A stretch of DNA of 64,000 nt from positions 64,615 to 128,614 of the forward strand of contig CAZULS010000001.1 in NCBI GenBank assembly GCA_964621395.1, given 5' to 3'. Position 1 is the first letter of the stretch; each line of letters begins with the position of its first letter. Shown piece by piece: positions 38,390-48,407 of the stretch. Source of the DNA: an uncultured Candidatus Saccharibacteria bacterium (GTDB lineage Bacteria > Patescibacteriota > Minisyncoccia > Phycocordibacterales > JACNGX01). The position numbers were made by a program, and so were the translations under genes. The notes under the pieces were generated by a model, which was not told the origin of the DNA, ran no database searches, and worked only from the letters and a program-made list of their open reading frames with translations.

Positions 38390-40348
38390 TTACTCCACCT
38401 CAATCGTCGGTAATTCATCAGGGTCTTCGGTTTCTGTGTATGTGTCGCTTAAGTCCATTAGAAATTCTGAGGGAGTTTGGGCGCTGATTGAGCCGAAGAT
38501 GGTGCGTGTGTGGGCGTAGGAGAGCCACACTTTTTTCTCCGCACGAGTGATGGCGACATAAAAGAGACGGCGTTCTTCTTCAGCACGCTCGGGACTTACG
38601 ACTGGTCCATCGAAACCGCGGTGTGGGAAAAGTCCGTCTTCAAGGCCGGTGATAAAGACATACGGAAATTCCAATCCCTTGGAAGCGTGCACGGTCATAA
38701 GGCGGACGGCATTTTCATCTTTCTTTTTCTTGGCATCGCCGAGCGAGTCTTGATCGGAAGCAAGGGCCGCGTCGGAGAGGAGCGTTTCAATTCCCTCTTC
38801 GGGTGTGAGGTGGTCGTATTTGGTCGCCAAGCCGACGAGCTCATAGACATTCTCCAGGCGCTCTTCCCCTTCTTCTTTGTCTTTGCGAAAAGCATCCTCA
38901 AGACCGGAACGCTTAATTACATGCTTGAGCGTTTGCGATACAGGGAGATTGGCGCAGTCGTGGGCGATATCGGAAAGAATGTCACGGAAAGCGTGTACCT
39001 TTGCTTGCGTTGCCGGCGGCAGTGTTGCTTCTTCTCCGGAAAGGACTTTTGCCAATGTCACCTTGCCAATACCGCGTGCGGGGACATTCACAATGCGGGA
39101 GAAATCAGCCGTGGCTGCAGGATTAAGAGCGGCGCGGATGTATGCGAGGACATCTTTCACCTCTTTGCGGGCGAAGAATTTCACACCGAGGACTTGATAC
39201 GGAATATTTTTCCCCAGCATGGCTTCTTCAAGAACGCGTGATTGAAAATTTGCTCTGTAGAGAATGGCGATGTCTTTTGGTTCTGCGCCCTGCCGGATAA
39301 GTTCTTGTATTTTTTGAGCGGCAAAGTCCGCCTCAGCTTTCTCGTCCCCGCAAGCAACAACGCTCAATCTCTCGCCCCCCTCTTTGCGGGTGAAAAGATT
39401 TTTTTCTTTGCGCAGTGTGTTTTTGCTAATGATATCGTTGGCCGCCTCAAGAATAGGCGCGGTGGAGCGATAATTTTCTTCCAAGAGCACCACGGTTGCT
39501 TCAGGGTAATCTTCTTCAAAGAGCATCATGTTGCGGAAGTCGGCACCGCGCCAGCCATAAATACTTTGATCGGTGTCGCCCACCACGCAAATATTTTTTC
39601 GCTCACCGGCGAGAAGTTTGGAAAGGGTGTATTGCGCAAAGTTGGTGTCTTGGTATTCGTCGATGTGAATGTGTGACCAGCGTGAATGATAGGTGTTGCG
39701 GATGGTTGGGTCGTTCTTAAGGAGGAGTGTGGTATGGAGAATGAGATCATCAAAATCAAGAGAACCTTCTTCTTCGAGGAGCTTTTCGTATTCGCTCCAC
39801 ACACGTGCCACGATGCGCGGGAAATATTCGTTTTCCACCGACGCTTTGTAGTTTTCGGCAGTGCGAAGCTCCCCTTTCTCGCGAGAGATGGCATTCTTCA
39901 TACGGCGCGGTTCAAATTGCTTTGGGTCGAGCTCGCATTGCTGCAACGCTTTTTTCATGAGACGCGATGTGTCGTCGTCGTCAAGAATAGTGAAATGCTT
40001 CGGACGATTGATAGCTGCAAATTCACGGCGGAGAATGTAGACGCCAAGCGCATGAAAGGTGGAGACAAACGGCGCGGAACCATCGTATGCTCGGACAGGA
40101 TCTGCCGAGAGAAGTTTTACCACACGCTCCTTCATTTCCGCCGCCGCTTTATTGGTGAAGGTAATGGCAAGGATTTGTTCCGGCGCCACGCCTGAGTGAA
40201 TGAGGTTGAGCATGCGGTGCGTGAGGGTTTTGGTCTTCCCCGCGCCGGCACCGGCCACGATAGAGAGCGGGCCGGTTGTGTGCTCGGCTGCTTTTCTCTG
40301 CTCCGGATTGAGTCCTTCGAGGTGATCCATAGGGGGTAAGTATAGCAT
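38390..40348 (-). CDS. pcrA: ATP-dependent DNA helicase PcrA/UvrD
   Basis: Motif I AGAGAGKTKTLTHR, motifs II-VI, 650 aa. Start moved to the Met at MLYLPPMDHLEGLNPEQ because the upstream extension lies inside the MITE. Confidence 0.85.
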   Translation of the reverse strand: MLYLPPMDHLEGLNPEQRKAAEHTTGPLSIVAGAGAGKTKTLTHRMLNLIHSGVAPEQILAITFTNKAAAEMKERVVKLLSADPVRAYDGSAPFVSTFHALGVYILRREFAAINRPKHFTILDDDDTSRLMKKALQQCELDPKQFEPRRMKNAISREKGELRTAENYKASVENEYFPRIVARVWSEYEKLLEEEGSLDFDDLILHTTLLLKNDPTIRNTYHSRWSHIHIDEYQDTNFAQYTLSKLLAGERKNICVVGDTDQSIYGWRGADFRNMMLFEEDYPEATVVLLEENYRSTAPILEAANDIISKNTLRKEKNLFTRKEGGERLSVVACGDEKAEADFAAQKIQELIRQGAEPKDIAILYRANFQSRVLEEAMLGKNIPYQVLGVKFFARKEVKDVLAYIRAALNPAATADFSRIVNVPARGIGKVTLAKVLSGEEATLPPATQAKVHAFRDILSDIAHDCANLPVSQTLKHVIKRSGLEDAFRKDKEEGEERLENVYELVGLATKYDHLTPEEGIETLLSDAALASDQDSLGDAKKKKDENAVRLMTVHASKGLEFPYVFITGLEDGLFPHRGFDGPVVSPERAEEERRLFYVAITRAEKKVWLSYAHTRTIFGSISAQTPSEFLMDLSDTYTETEDPDELPTIEVE

Positions 40349-40391
40349 ACGAGTTTCGAGTATCGAGTTGCGAGCAGTGTCGCTTCGCGAC

Positions 40392-40600
40392 ATGAAAGTT
40401 GTTAGAACCAGTCTCACTGAAAATGGCTTGTTCACACGCCCAAACTGCGAGCGAGCCGACGTCGCGGAGACCGTGCCGCACTGCCGTGCGGTGCGGTTGA
40501 GCGACAAGGCGCAGCCGCTGTTTGGGCGTGGGAACTGCCAAGCGTAGCTCTTGAATATGTTTCCCTTATTTTTCAACGTTTTCAGTGAGACTGGTTCTAG
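40392..40600. mobile_element. MITE-like element, M family, 208 bp, immediately upstream of pcrA/uvrD. Flanked by TCGAG-hexamer repeats on the left and a GTTGGTAGTTTTTAG + GC-hairpin motif on the right.
   Basis: TIRs TAGAACCAGTCTCACTGAAAA / TTTTCAGTGAGACTGGTTCTAG; core about 90 percent identical to 35707-35906. Confidence 0.75.
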
Positions 40601-41409
40601 TTGGTAGTTTTTAGTTTTTAGTGGGCGCGGCTACGCCGCGCCTCATAAATTACACTTCCTGTCATCCCGCACTTGATGCGGGATCTCCGCTATATTGTTT
40701 CCAGACATGGTTGGGGAAGATCCTGAATCGAGTTCAGGATGACACAGGGAACATGGGTGCCAGCACATCTGCATTTCATATCATACAAAAAAACAAAGGG
40801 CCCGTTAGAAACGGACCCCTCAGGAGGTGAAGCATGGCATCCGGGATAATCGATATCAAATGACTGATAAATGTCTTAAGTAATGAACATGAGAAAAAGT
40901 AAAAAAGAGGAGAGTGCGTGGCGCCACGCAGCATGTTCAAAAAGAAAGACAAAAATCAACCAACTGATATACGACTATGTCGAATCAAGCTTCACTTAAA
41001 AAAGAACAGGTACAAAAGAGCGCAAGTAACGATAGCTGATACTATTCTCGCATATCTCACGCATTCGTCAAGTGCGATTGTGGATAAAACTAGCCCCGCC
41101 TTTTTACGGGCGGGGCCTGCGACGAACATCTTTGCGCGGGGTTTGCACTACCGTGTGATGCTGCTCATATCGCGGCAACCTGTTTCAGAGACACTGACAC
41201 AGGTTGTGGTAATCGGGGATGCACGTTTCATAACGTTCTCCTTTTACCGAATTTGGGAATTCAGTAAAGGTAATGCAAGGGCATTACCCCTTGTTCTTCC
41301 ATTCCCATAGAGAAGAACAAACGAATTTCAATATAACATATCTAAGACACAAAGTTAAATATATTTCTGCTCAAAAGATTTTCTGTAACAGATGTGACAT
41401 TATCAAAAA

Positions 41410-43803
41410 TTATGCAATATCCTCCGGCGAAAGAGTGAGTGATTGTCCGCGGGCGATTGTTTTTGCGATGAGACCGTCGGCAATGTATTGTTCGATATGC
41501 TGCTGGATGTAGCGTTTCATTGGGCGGGCACCGAACGCTCTGTCGTAGCCTTCACGCGCGACATGAGCCGCCATCTCGGGGGCAAATGACACACGTACAC
41601 CTCCCTCTTCCTCAATACGCAGAGCAACTTTCCGGAGCATGATGTGAGCAATGGCTTCCACGTCTTTTGGTGAGAGCGGATGGAAGAGAATGGTGCCGGA
41701 GAAGCGGTTGAGGAGTTCGGGCTTAAAGAGGCCATGTTCGATTATCATTGCGATGAAGGTGTCATGCTCTTCGGAAACGTCGCGACCTTCTTCAGTCGCT
41801 TTCCAGATGATGTCGGAGCCGGCATTGGATGTGGCAATAAAGAGAATGTTGCGTGCGTTGACGCGCCTCCCCTCTCCATCGGTAAAGATTCCTTCATCGA
41901 GAATCTGCAAGAACAGATCGTGAACATCCGGATTTGTTTTTTCGAATTCGTCGAGAAGTAACACGCCGTGGGGATGTTCTCGGATCATTGTGGCAAGCAT
42001 GCCCGCCTCCCCGGACGGTGTGCCGATCAAGCGAGCAAGTGCGTCGTGTCCGCGGTATTCCGACATATCAAGACGCAGGAGCGAAGACTCGCCGCCAAAG
42101 ACGACACGCGAGAGCGCTTTGGCGGTTTCTGTTTTCCCGACTCCGGTCGGGCCGAAGAAGATAAATGAGCCGATTGGTTTGCGCGTGTCGGAAACTCCCG
42201 CGCGAGCTCTTCTGAGTGTTTGTGCGATGGCGGAGATTGCCGTCTCTTGACCCACGATGTGTTTGTGGAGGTGTGTTTCAAGATCGGAGAGGACGAGACG
42301 TTCGGAATCTGAGAGCGCGTCAACTGGCACGCTACTTTTCTCGGCGATGAGTGAGCGAATGGTTTCGGGAGTGATGAGCCGCTCTTTTTCCGCAACAGCA
42401 ACTCGGGCGGCGGCTTCGGAGAGGAGATCGCGCGCTTTGTCTACCGGGTCTGCCGACATGAAGTATCGCTCAGCTCCGGAAAGCGCCTTCTCGATTGCCG
42501 GATAGGTGAAGAAGACGTGATAGTTCTTTTCAAGATCGGCAACATCGGACTCCAAAAAGATGAGGAGATCGCTTGAGTCTACGCGCGGAGGACGGACGAT
42601 TTCGAAGCGGCGCATGAGCGACATGTCGCGTTCAAGTTCGCGTGTGTAGGTGCGTGTATCGGAAAACGCGATGAACGCTAGTGACGAATCGGTGAGGAAA
42701 GGATCGAGTATCGAGCGGATATCCGCACCAATTGTGTGTGCTGAGGCCATGAATGCGTGAAGGCGCGGTATGCCGATAATGATATCTCCGGCGTGCCGCG
42801 CTTCTTCCAGGAGTGCTCGGAGGATGCGTTCAAAGGTGATTTTGTCACCCGTCTCGGCGATGAGAAGATCGGTGTCAAGGAGTGCGATGCGTGTATGTTT
42901 CTTTTCTCCAGTGGGGCGGCTGCGAAGCTCGCTTAGGAGGCTTCCGAGGAATACAGGAGCATCAAAAGGACCGACGACAAGCACATTGGATTCATGTGAT
43001 TTTGAAAGACCGCCCAATACACGCGAAAGGGTACGCTCTCCAAGAACACTTCCTTGTGACGCATACGGTACCGTACGGAGGAATGCATCAAGTGTATCGG
43101 TGCGTTTTTTGTGAAATGTTGCGCCAAGTGTTTTTTTGCTTAAGAGCCGCTCGGTATGCCACCAGAAGATTCTATCCAGTTCTCTCTCGCGCATGCGTCC
43201 ACACCACCCGGCTGTGCTTGCGGCGACGTGGCGTGTGATGCCTTTGGAAAAAAGAAAGTCGCTCAAAGGTTCGTCATGTGCGATGAGTTCGGCGACAAAA
43301 TCTTCAAGAGAATACCACGGCGAGTGATCGGTGTCGGTAAAGGAGAGTTTCGTTTTTTGCACACCTCTTTTTTTGAGAAAAGCGCGTACTTCTTTTGGTG
43401 AGAGTCCGAGGCGGTGCGTGTATGCAGTGCCGATTGGCGAGCGAAAGAGCGCACGAACCAAATCACCGCGATGCATACTTTCGGTGATGGAAAGGACAGC
43501 AAGAGAGATAAGCCTCTCGACGCCCTCGGTGGTTTTTGTGCCGCGTGCGCGGAAATACAGTGAGCGGAAAAAAAGCTCCGCCATGAAAAGAACAAGTGTG
43601 CAGCCAAAGAGTATGAGGCCGATACCGGCGATGATGTTTCCGTATGTGTGCGTGTGAAAGGTTGCCGCGCCGAAGAAAAGAATGATTGCCAGCATGAGTG
43701 CCCCTGCGGCAATTCTCATACGAGCTCGGCGCGGAAGCAATCGCTCAAGGACGGAAAGCGGATACAGTGCCGAGCGTGAAGTTGTGTTCCTGAGTGTGCT
43801 CAT
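41410..43803 (-). CDS. Membrane-anchored ClpA/ClpB-family AAA+ protein with a degenerate (Walker A/B-less) first nucleotide-binding domain and an intact second one
   Basis: Two N-terminal TM helices. D1 GPFDAPVF (no GKT) and IIIGIPRLH (no DE). D2 FFGPTGVGKTE, LLLDEFEK, sensor/arginine finger region. No middle domain or ClpP loop recognised. Start set at MSTLRNT, overlapping the upstream gene stop by 4 nt. Confidence 0.65.
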   Translation of the reverse strand: MSTLRNTTSRSALYPLSVLERLLPRRARMRIAAGALMLAIILFFGAATFHTHTYGNIIAGIGLILFGCTLVLFMAELFFRSLYFRARGTKTTEGVERLISLAVLSITESMHRGDLVRALFRSPIGTAYTHRLGLSPKEVRAFLKKRGVQKTKLSFTDTDHSPWYSLEDFVAELIAHDEPLSDFLFSKGITRHVAASTAGWCGRMRERELDRIFWWHTERLLSKKTLGATFHKKRTDTLDAFLRTVPYASQGSVLGERTLSRVLGGLSKSHESNVLVVGPFDAPVFLGSLLSELRSRPTGEKKHTRIALLDTDLLIAETGDKITFERILRALLEEARHAGDIIIGIPRLHAFMASAHTIGADIRSILDPFLTDSSLAFIAFSDTRTYTRELERDMSLMRRFEIVRPPRVDSSDLLIFLESDVADLEKNYHVFFTYPAIEKALSGAERYFMSADPVDKARDLLSEAAARVAVAEKERLITPETIRSLIAEKSSVPVDALSDSERLVLSDLETHLHKHIVGQETAISAIAQTLRRARAGVSDTRKPIGSFIFFGPTGVGKTETAKALSRVVFGGESSLLRLDMSEYRGHDALARLIGTPSGEAGMLATMIREHPHGVLLLDEFEKTNPDVHDLFLQILDEGIFTDGEGRRVNARNILFIATSNAGSDIIWKATEEGRDVSEEHDTFIAMIIEHGLFKPELLNRFSGTILFHPLSPKDVEAIAHIMLRKVALRIEEEGGVRVSFAPEMAAHVAREGYDRAFGARPMKRYIQQHIEQYIADGLIAKTIARGQSLTLSPEDIA

Positions 43804-44189
43804 AGAAAAAGAATGAAGAATCCGAGGAGTATGACGGCGATTGCGGCAAACGGAAGAAGAAGCCAGAGTATGAAGGAAAAGAGAAGAATCGGCAGCGAAC
43901 AGAGTGTGACAATCAGCCATCCGAGGAGGAGAACGCTTCGGGCGATTATGCCGACAATGCGCATGAGTGTGTTGACGATAAACGCTTCAAAGAATTTGGT
44001 CGGTGAGAGATCTTTCGGATACGCTTCCCCTTCCGCTTTCCAGGGACGGAAGAAGGTGGCAAGAAGAGTGGGCACGGAAAACGTGTGCGCGAGAAAGCGA
44101 AGTGCCGTGAGCGCAAGAGAAGCTCCATCGGAGATGCCGATAGAGTAATGCCACAAAAGATAACGACTCGAAAGCGCGAGAGGATTCAT
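43800..44189 (-). CDS. Small polytopic membrane protein (129 aa) translationally coupled to the Clp-like ATPase gene
   Basis: ORF track; 3 hydrophobic helices; its stop overlaps the start of the downstream gene. Confidence 0.45.
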   Translation of the reverse strand: MNPLALSSRYLLWHYSIGISDGASLALTALRFLAHTFSVPTLLATFFRPWKAEGEAYPKDLSPTKFFEAFIVNTLMRIVGIIARSVLLLGWLIVTLCSLPILLFSFILWLLLPFAAIAVILLGFFILFL

Positions 44190-44318
44190 GATGTAAGTAT
44201 ATCAATGCCGCACCTCTGCCGCTACTTTTTGTGTGCATGAATTTTCTGTATTTGTAGTACTGTATAAAAAGACGAGCCCAGAATGCCCGTCTTTTTATAA
44301 TTATACACAGCGAAATTT

Positions 44319-44639
44319 CTACGCTGTTTTTGTTTTAAATTCCTCAATGGTCTCGGTCATAACCTGAGACATGACTGAATCCCAATCGGGAATATGTGTC
44401 GCAATAAATGCTGACACCTCAGCTGAGGTCACCCCTCCATCTTCTTCGGAGAGACGGTTGAATTCTTCTTGATGCTCTAAAGGAATGCGGTCAATTGCTG
44501 CAAGGAGAAGGCGTTTTACGATAATTTCTCCCAATTGTTCAATAACCTGCTCTTGCTCTTCTTCGGAGAAACCTTCAAGGCCGAGCTTTTCGACGATAAT
44601 CGCATGGAGTGCATCGTATGTTGCAATTGATGAAGACAT
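44319..44639 (-). CDS. Small acidic hypothetical protein (106 aa)
   Basis: ORF track only. Confidence 0.35.
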   Translation of the reverse strand: MSSSIATYDALHAIIVEKLGLEGFSEEEQEQVIEQLGEIIVKRLLLAAIDRIPLEHQEEFNRLSEEDGGVTSAEVSAFIATHIPDWDSVMSQVMTETIEEFKTKTA

Positions 44640-44674
44640 AAGGAACGAAATGATTACGAAAGATTGATAAATTA

Positions 44675-46042
44675 CTATTTGTTTTGAAGATTCTGTGCAA
44701 TGCTATCGATTTCCGCCTGAGAAAGATTGAGTGCATCTTGATACGCGGTATTTACATTTCCATCGTTGAGCACAGAGGACAAATCAAGCGTATCTCCCGG
44801 GAAAATCATATCGGGATCGCCGCTTTCAATACCGACAGCTTGGAGCTGGCCAGGGTTCATAGCCTCAACACGATCCTTTAGCGCATCCACAACATGCGTT
44901 TGCTGCTCGGCGCCCATGGCATCGAATGTGGATTGACCGGACAGTTTCTCTTTGATGATATCCCACACGGTATCACCTTCTTCGACAGGGATGTTGCTTG
45001 TGTTACCTAGGAGACCTTCAACTGCGCTGCTCGCACCATCTCCGACACCGGAAAGCAGCTCACCAAAGAGGCGGCCAAGTAAGACAGTGGCAACGACACC
45101 GCCGCCCGCGGAGACAAGAGTGTGAACATTTTTCTTAACGGTAGAGCGCTGATCGACACCCTCCCCTTTCTTCTTTGCGTATTTTTCAAATGCTCCTTCA
45201 AAAGTTGCATAGAGTGCCGAGCCGGTCAAAACGCGACCCACTATTGCCGGAGCGAAAAATGCGGGAAAACCCGTAAAAGTTCCCACAACAGCGCTTCCAA
45301 CCGCTGCTGCGGCAAGACCACGTTTAACCCACTTTGGACATCCTTTTTTCCACCATTCCCCGAAACGACGTCCGACATTCCACCCCTCTTTTTCTTTTTG
45401 AGCAAGTTTTTCTTCGTCGCGGCGTTGCATTTCTTCTAGCGCCTTTTTGACATCTTCCTGACGCTCCGCCTTCTCTCGCAAATCTTCCATATCGGTGAGC
45501 GGTTCAAGACGGTCCTTCTCTACGGTACCGTCACCCACTTCTCCTTGAGTGTTTTCCACCTCTCCTTCTTTGTCGTCAGTATTGCGATTTTCAAAACCGG
45601 CACGAAGGCCAGCGCCCTTTTCCGTGTCATCCAACGGACTCCCTGCTCCTTGCTCTTTGCCCGGAACCTCAGTTGTTACAGATCCTTGAGGAGGAGTATT
45701 CGGATCGTATGCTTGTTCCGAAGAGATTTGCTCTCCCATGACGAAATTAGACTCTTCTTTCTCGTTCTCGTTGTCGTCGGTATTGCGATTTTCAAAGCAT
45801 TCTTTCAGAGCTGCGCCTTTTGTTGTGTCATCCAACGGACTCCCTGCTCCCTGCTCTTTGGGCACAGACTTCTTTTTTGAGCGGAGTTTTTCCATTGGGT
45901 TAAAGGAGAAGGCGGTCCCTCCTTCTTTTTCTTTCGGTTTTTGTAATTCCTCTTTTGGATTAAAAGAGAACGAATCACGCGGACGTTCCCCATTGACGAT
46001 ATCTTCCAGGCTAGGAAAATCTTTTTCAGGTGAAGACGACAT
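44675..46042 (-). CDS. LysM-domain membrane protein with a tandemly repeated acidic N-terminal region (KEQGAGSPLDDTxKGA...FENRNTDD x2)
   Basis: C-terminal LysM (EEGDTVWDIIKEKL...IFPGDTLDL), a central TM/Gly-Ala helix, and an internal ~45-aa repeat. Confidence 0.55.
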   Translation of the reverse strand: MSSSPEKDFPSLEDIVNGERPRDSFSFNPKEELQKPKEKEGGTAFSFNPMEKLRSKKKSVPKEQGAGSPLDDTTKGAALKECFENRNTDDNENEKEESNFVMGEQISSEQAYDPNTPPQGSVTTEVPGKEQGAGSPLDDTEKGAGLRAGFENRNTDDKEGEVENTQGEVGDGTVEKDRLEPLTDMEDLREKAERQEDVKKALEEMQRRDEEKLAQKEKEGWNVGRRFGEWWKKGCPKWVKRGLAAAAVGSAVVGTFTGFPAFFAPAIVGRVLTGSALYATFEGAFEKYAKKKGEGVDQRSTVKKNVHTLVSAGGGVVATVLLGRLFGELLSGVGDGASSAVEGLLGNTSNIPVEEGDTVWDIIKEKLSGQSTFDAMGAEQQTHVVDALKDRVEAMNPGQLQAVGIESGDPDMIFPGDTLDLSSVLNDGNVNTAYQDALNLSQAEIDSIAQNLQNK

Positions 46043-46148
46043 AGGTAATAGTAGACAAATATGAATAACGATTGCATTGTATACTTTTCTTTCTATGTTG
46101 TCAAGTGTGTGTGGAAAATTTTCGTTTTGAGGTTATCCCCAGACCCTC

Positions 46149-46176
46149 TTGACTGTGATTTTGGATGCGCTATACT
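46149..46176 (+). promoter_or_regulatory. Sigma70-like promoter (TTGACT-16-TATACT) about 260 nt upstream of the M23 peptidase gene
   Basis: Seen in sequence. Implies a long 5-prime UTR. Confidence 0.4.
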
Positions 46177-46438
46177 CGCTCTATACGAAAGAAACGGCTG
46201 GTTTGACGCGCCCGAAGCATATACTCACCGAACCGATCCAAAACGGCTTCGTTGAGCCATATCATTCGGATTCTGCACGATAGACACACCCTCGGAATAG
46301 CTTGAAAACCCTTGAAATACGGCATATTACGCCTGTATGTGCGGGGCAGAAGAGCTCTTTCCCCTACGGCTTATAATACCCTCAATACAAGATCCTGGCA
46401 GTTTCCTTGTTATTGCAAGTCAGGTGAACATACTGTAT

Positions 46439-47458
46439 ATGAGACGCTCCGCAGCGTTCCGTGCGGTGGCTATTGTCGTGTCTCTCTCCATCCCGCTCTT
46501 TACGCATGCGGGTGTATTCTCTTTTGTCGGCGGTCTTCTCGGAAGTGAAGAAAAGACAGAGACGATTGCGCTTTCCGAAGAGAATTCTCAGACCATGGCG
46601 TTGCTCTCCCCTGCGCTTCACCCGGATCCGAATCCGGCAAAGGGTGGTGGTGATATTTCCGTGGTAGACGGCGCAGCGCTTTTGCCGGAGGCGGGTCCCT
46701 CAGGCACCCTTGCCGATATTGAAGAAATTTCTCTTACATCCGATCATATTTCTTTGTATGTGGTGCGTCCGGGCGACTCCCTTTCTCAGATTGCGGAAAT
46801 GTTTAATGTCTCACCGAGCACGATTAAATGGGCGAATGATATTTCTTCAAGCGATGTGATTGTTCCCGGCGACACATTGGTGATTTTACCGATTTCCGGT
46901 ATTCGCCACACGGTGAAGAGCGGCGATACTGTGGGAAGCATTGCAAAGAAGTATGGTGGTGATATTGATGAGATTCTCGAATACAATGCCCTTGAAAGCG
47001 CGACACTTTCTGTGGGTGATATCCTCATCATTCCCGATGGAGAAATGGGCACACCTGCCGGCACATCTTCATACTCTCGCGGAGCAACACCGACATATTC
47101 TTCCACCGCTTCATCAGGATATTACATGCGTCCGATTTCCGGAGGATATCGTTCCCAGGGATTGCATGGATACAATGCCGTTGACCTTGCTGCGCCGATT
47201 GGCACACCGATTTATGCATCAGCATCCGGTGACGTGATTCTTTCCCGCGGCAGCGGATGGAATGGTGGCTATGGAAGTTATATTGTGATCAGACATCCAA
47301 ATGGCACGCAAACACTCTACGCGCACAACTCTCAGAATATCGTTTCCGCCGGTCAGCATGTGGTGCAAGGTCAGATTATTGGATACGTCGGCTCAACCGG
47401 ACGCTCAACCGGACCGCACATCCACTTTGAAATCCGCGGCGCGGCGAATCCATTTTAA
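46439..47458 (+). CDS. Secreted M23-family peptidoglycan metallopeptidase with two LysM domains
   Basis: Signal peptide; LysM x2 (YVVRPGDSLSQIA, HTVKSGDTVGSIA); M23 motifs HxxxD-like GLHGYNAVDLAAPIGTPIYA and HIHFEIR. Confidence 0.8.
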   Translation: MRRSAAFRAVAIVVSLSIPLFTHAGVFSFVGGLLGSEEKTETIALSEENSQTMALLSPALHPDPNPAKGGGDISVVDGAALLPEAGPSGTLADIEEISLTSDHISLYVVRPGDSLSQIAEMFNVSPSTIKWANDISSSDVIVPGDTLVILPISGIRHTVKSGDTVGSIAKKYGGDIDEILEYNALESATLSVGDILIIPDGEMGTPAGTSSYSRGATPTYSSTASSGYYMRPISGGYRSQGLHGYNAVDLAAPIGTPIYASASGDVILSRGSGWNGGYGSYIVIRHPNGTQTLYAHNSQNIVSAGQHVVQGQIIGYVGSTGRSTGPHIHFEIRGAANPF

Positions 47459-47702
47459 TACGAACGATAAATAAAAAACGATAAACGATAAATCAAAAAA
47501 CACGAGCTCGCGCTCGTATTTTTTGTGTAAAAGATAAACCTGTAACGATATTACTTTCCACTGTCATCCCGCACTTGATGCGGAATCCAGGCAGAAGTGG
47601 GTGGTTATATATACTTTTAGATTCCCGCTCGGAGGCGGGAATGACAATCTTTCTTACTCATAAGCAGAAAATGGCACATAAAAACCCCGCACAGAGCGAG
47701 GT

Positions 47703-48227
47703 TCAATGAAGACGATACACCGAATCATGTTCCCAAGAGTCTTGGAGATATTTTTTCGTCTTCAGGGAAAAAGCAGACACCCTCATTTTTTCTCCAGCAT
47801 ACGAATGAGAGAGGGTTGGTTTGCACTCTCCTCTATTTAAGCTGAAGTGAGGGATATACCAGTTCCCGCCAATGTCGCGCGCCATTTTATCAAAGAGATC
47901 AGGACTTCTATCAAGATCTCTGAGACTACTCAAGAGATCTCCGTGGAGATGCCAGAGTGGAACGGGTCGAGTGGTTTGTAGCGCCCACACCTTCTTCCCA
48001 TCTCTTCCCAGAGAAATAAGGTCTCCTATTTCTAGGGTAAATTTTTTACGCCTTTGCGCGATTTTCTGCAGGGCTTCTCGGACATTCTCTATGTTTTCAT
48101 CATGTGGAGTAAAACGCCACAGAATTATGTGGTACCCGCTTGGAGGAGGGTATACATATTCGGATGGTTCGTTTTCGAGAAGATCAAGAATATGTCTGGA
48201 TAGCTCAAGGCAAACAAGACAGTGCAT
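47703..48227 (-). CDS. 2H phosphoesterase superfamily protein (LigT / 2-prime-5-prime RNA ligase-like)
   Basis: Two H-x-T/S-x-like motifs (HIIL, HFSL) at the spacing expected for LigT. Start moved to MHCLV because the upstream extension covers a hairpin repeat. Confidence 0.45.
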   Translation of the reverse strand: MHCLVCLELSRHILDLLENEPSEYVYPPPSGYHIILWRFTPHDENIENVREALQKIAQRRKKFTLEIGDLISLGRDGKKVWALQTTRPVPLWHLHGDLLSSLRDLDRSPDLFDKMARDIGGNWYIPHFSLNRGECKPTLSHSYAGEKMRVSAFSLKTKKYLQDSWEHDSVYRLH

Positions 48228-48407
48228 AGCTACGTGTTTTGTTGTTGTGCAAGATTTCTTCCGATATCCTACCCAAAACATGCCGAAGGTGCAAGGGAAA
48301 TTCTTTTTGTCATCCCGCACTTGATCCTAAATCGCAAGCGTCGGATACAATGCGGGATCTCGAGAGTATTGTTTCAAGAAGTGACGGCAAGTGAAGAGAA
48401 GCAAGAA

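Noticed and set aside
40918-41310. 130-aa ORF inside the 650-bp non-coding block
   Set aside because: It has a composition atypical of this genome's proteins and spans several hairpin and terminator structures. The region is more plausibly RNA-coding or regulatory.
46190-46438. Assignment of the M23 peptidase leader as a ydaO (c-di-AMP) riboswitch
   Set aside because: The context is suggestive, but the conserved ydaO nucleotides could not be matched convincingly by eye. It is kept only as a low-confidence finding.
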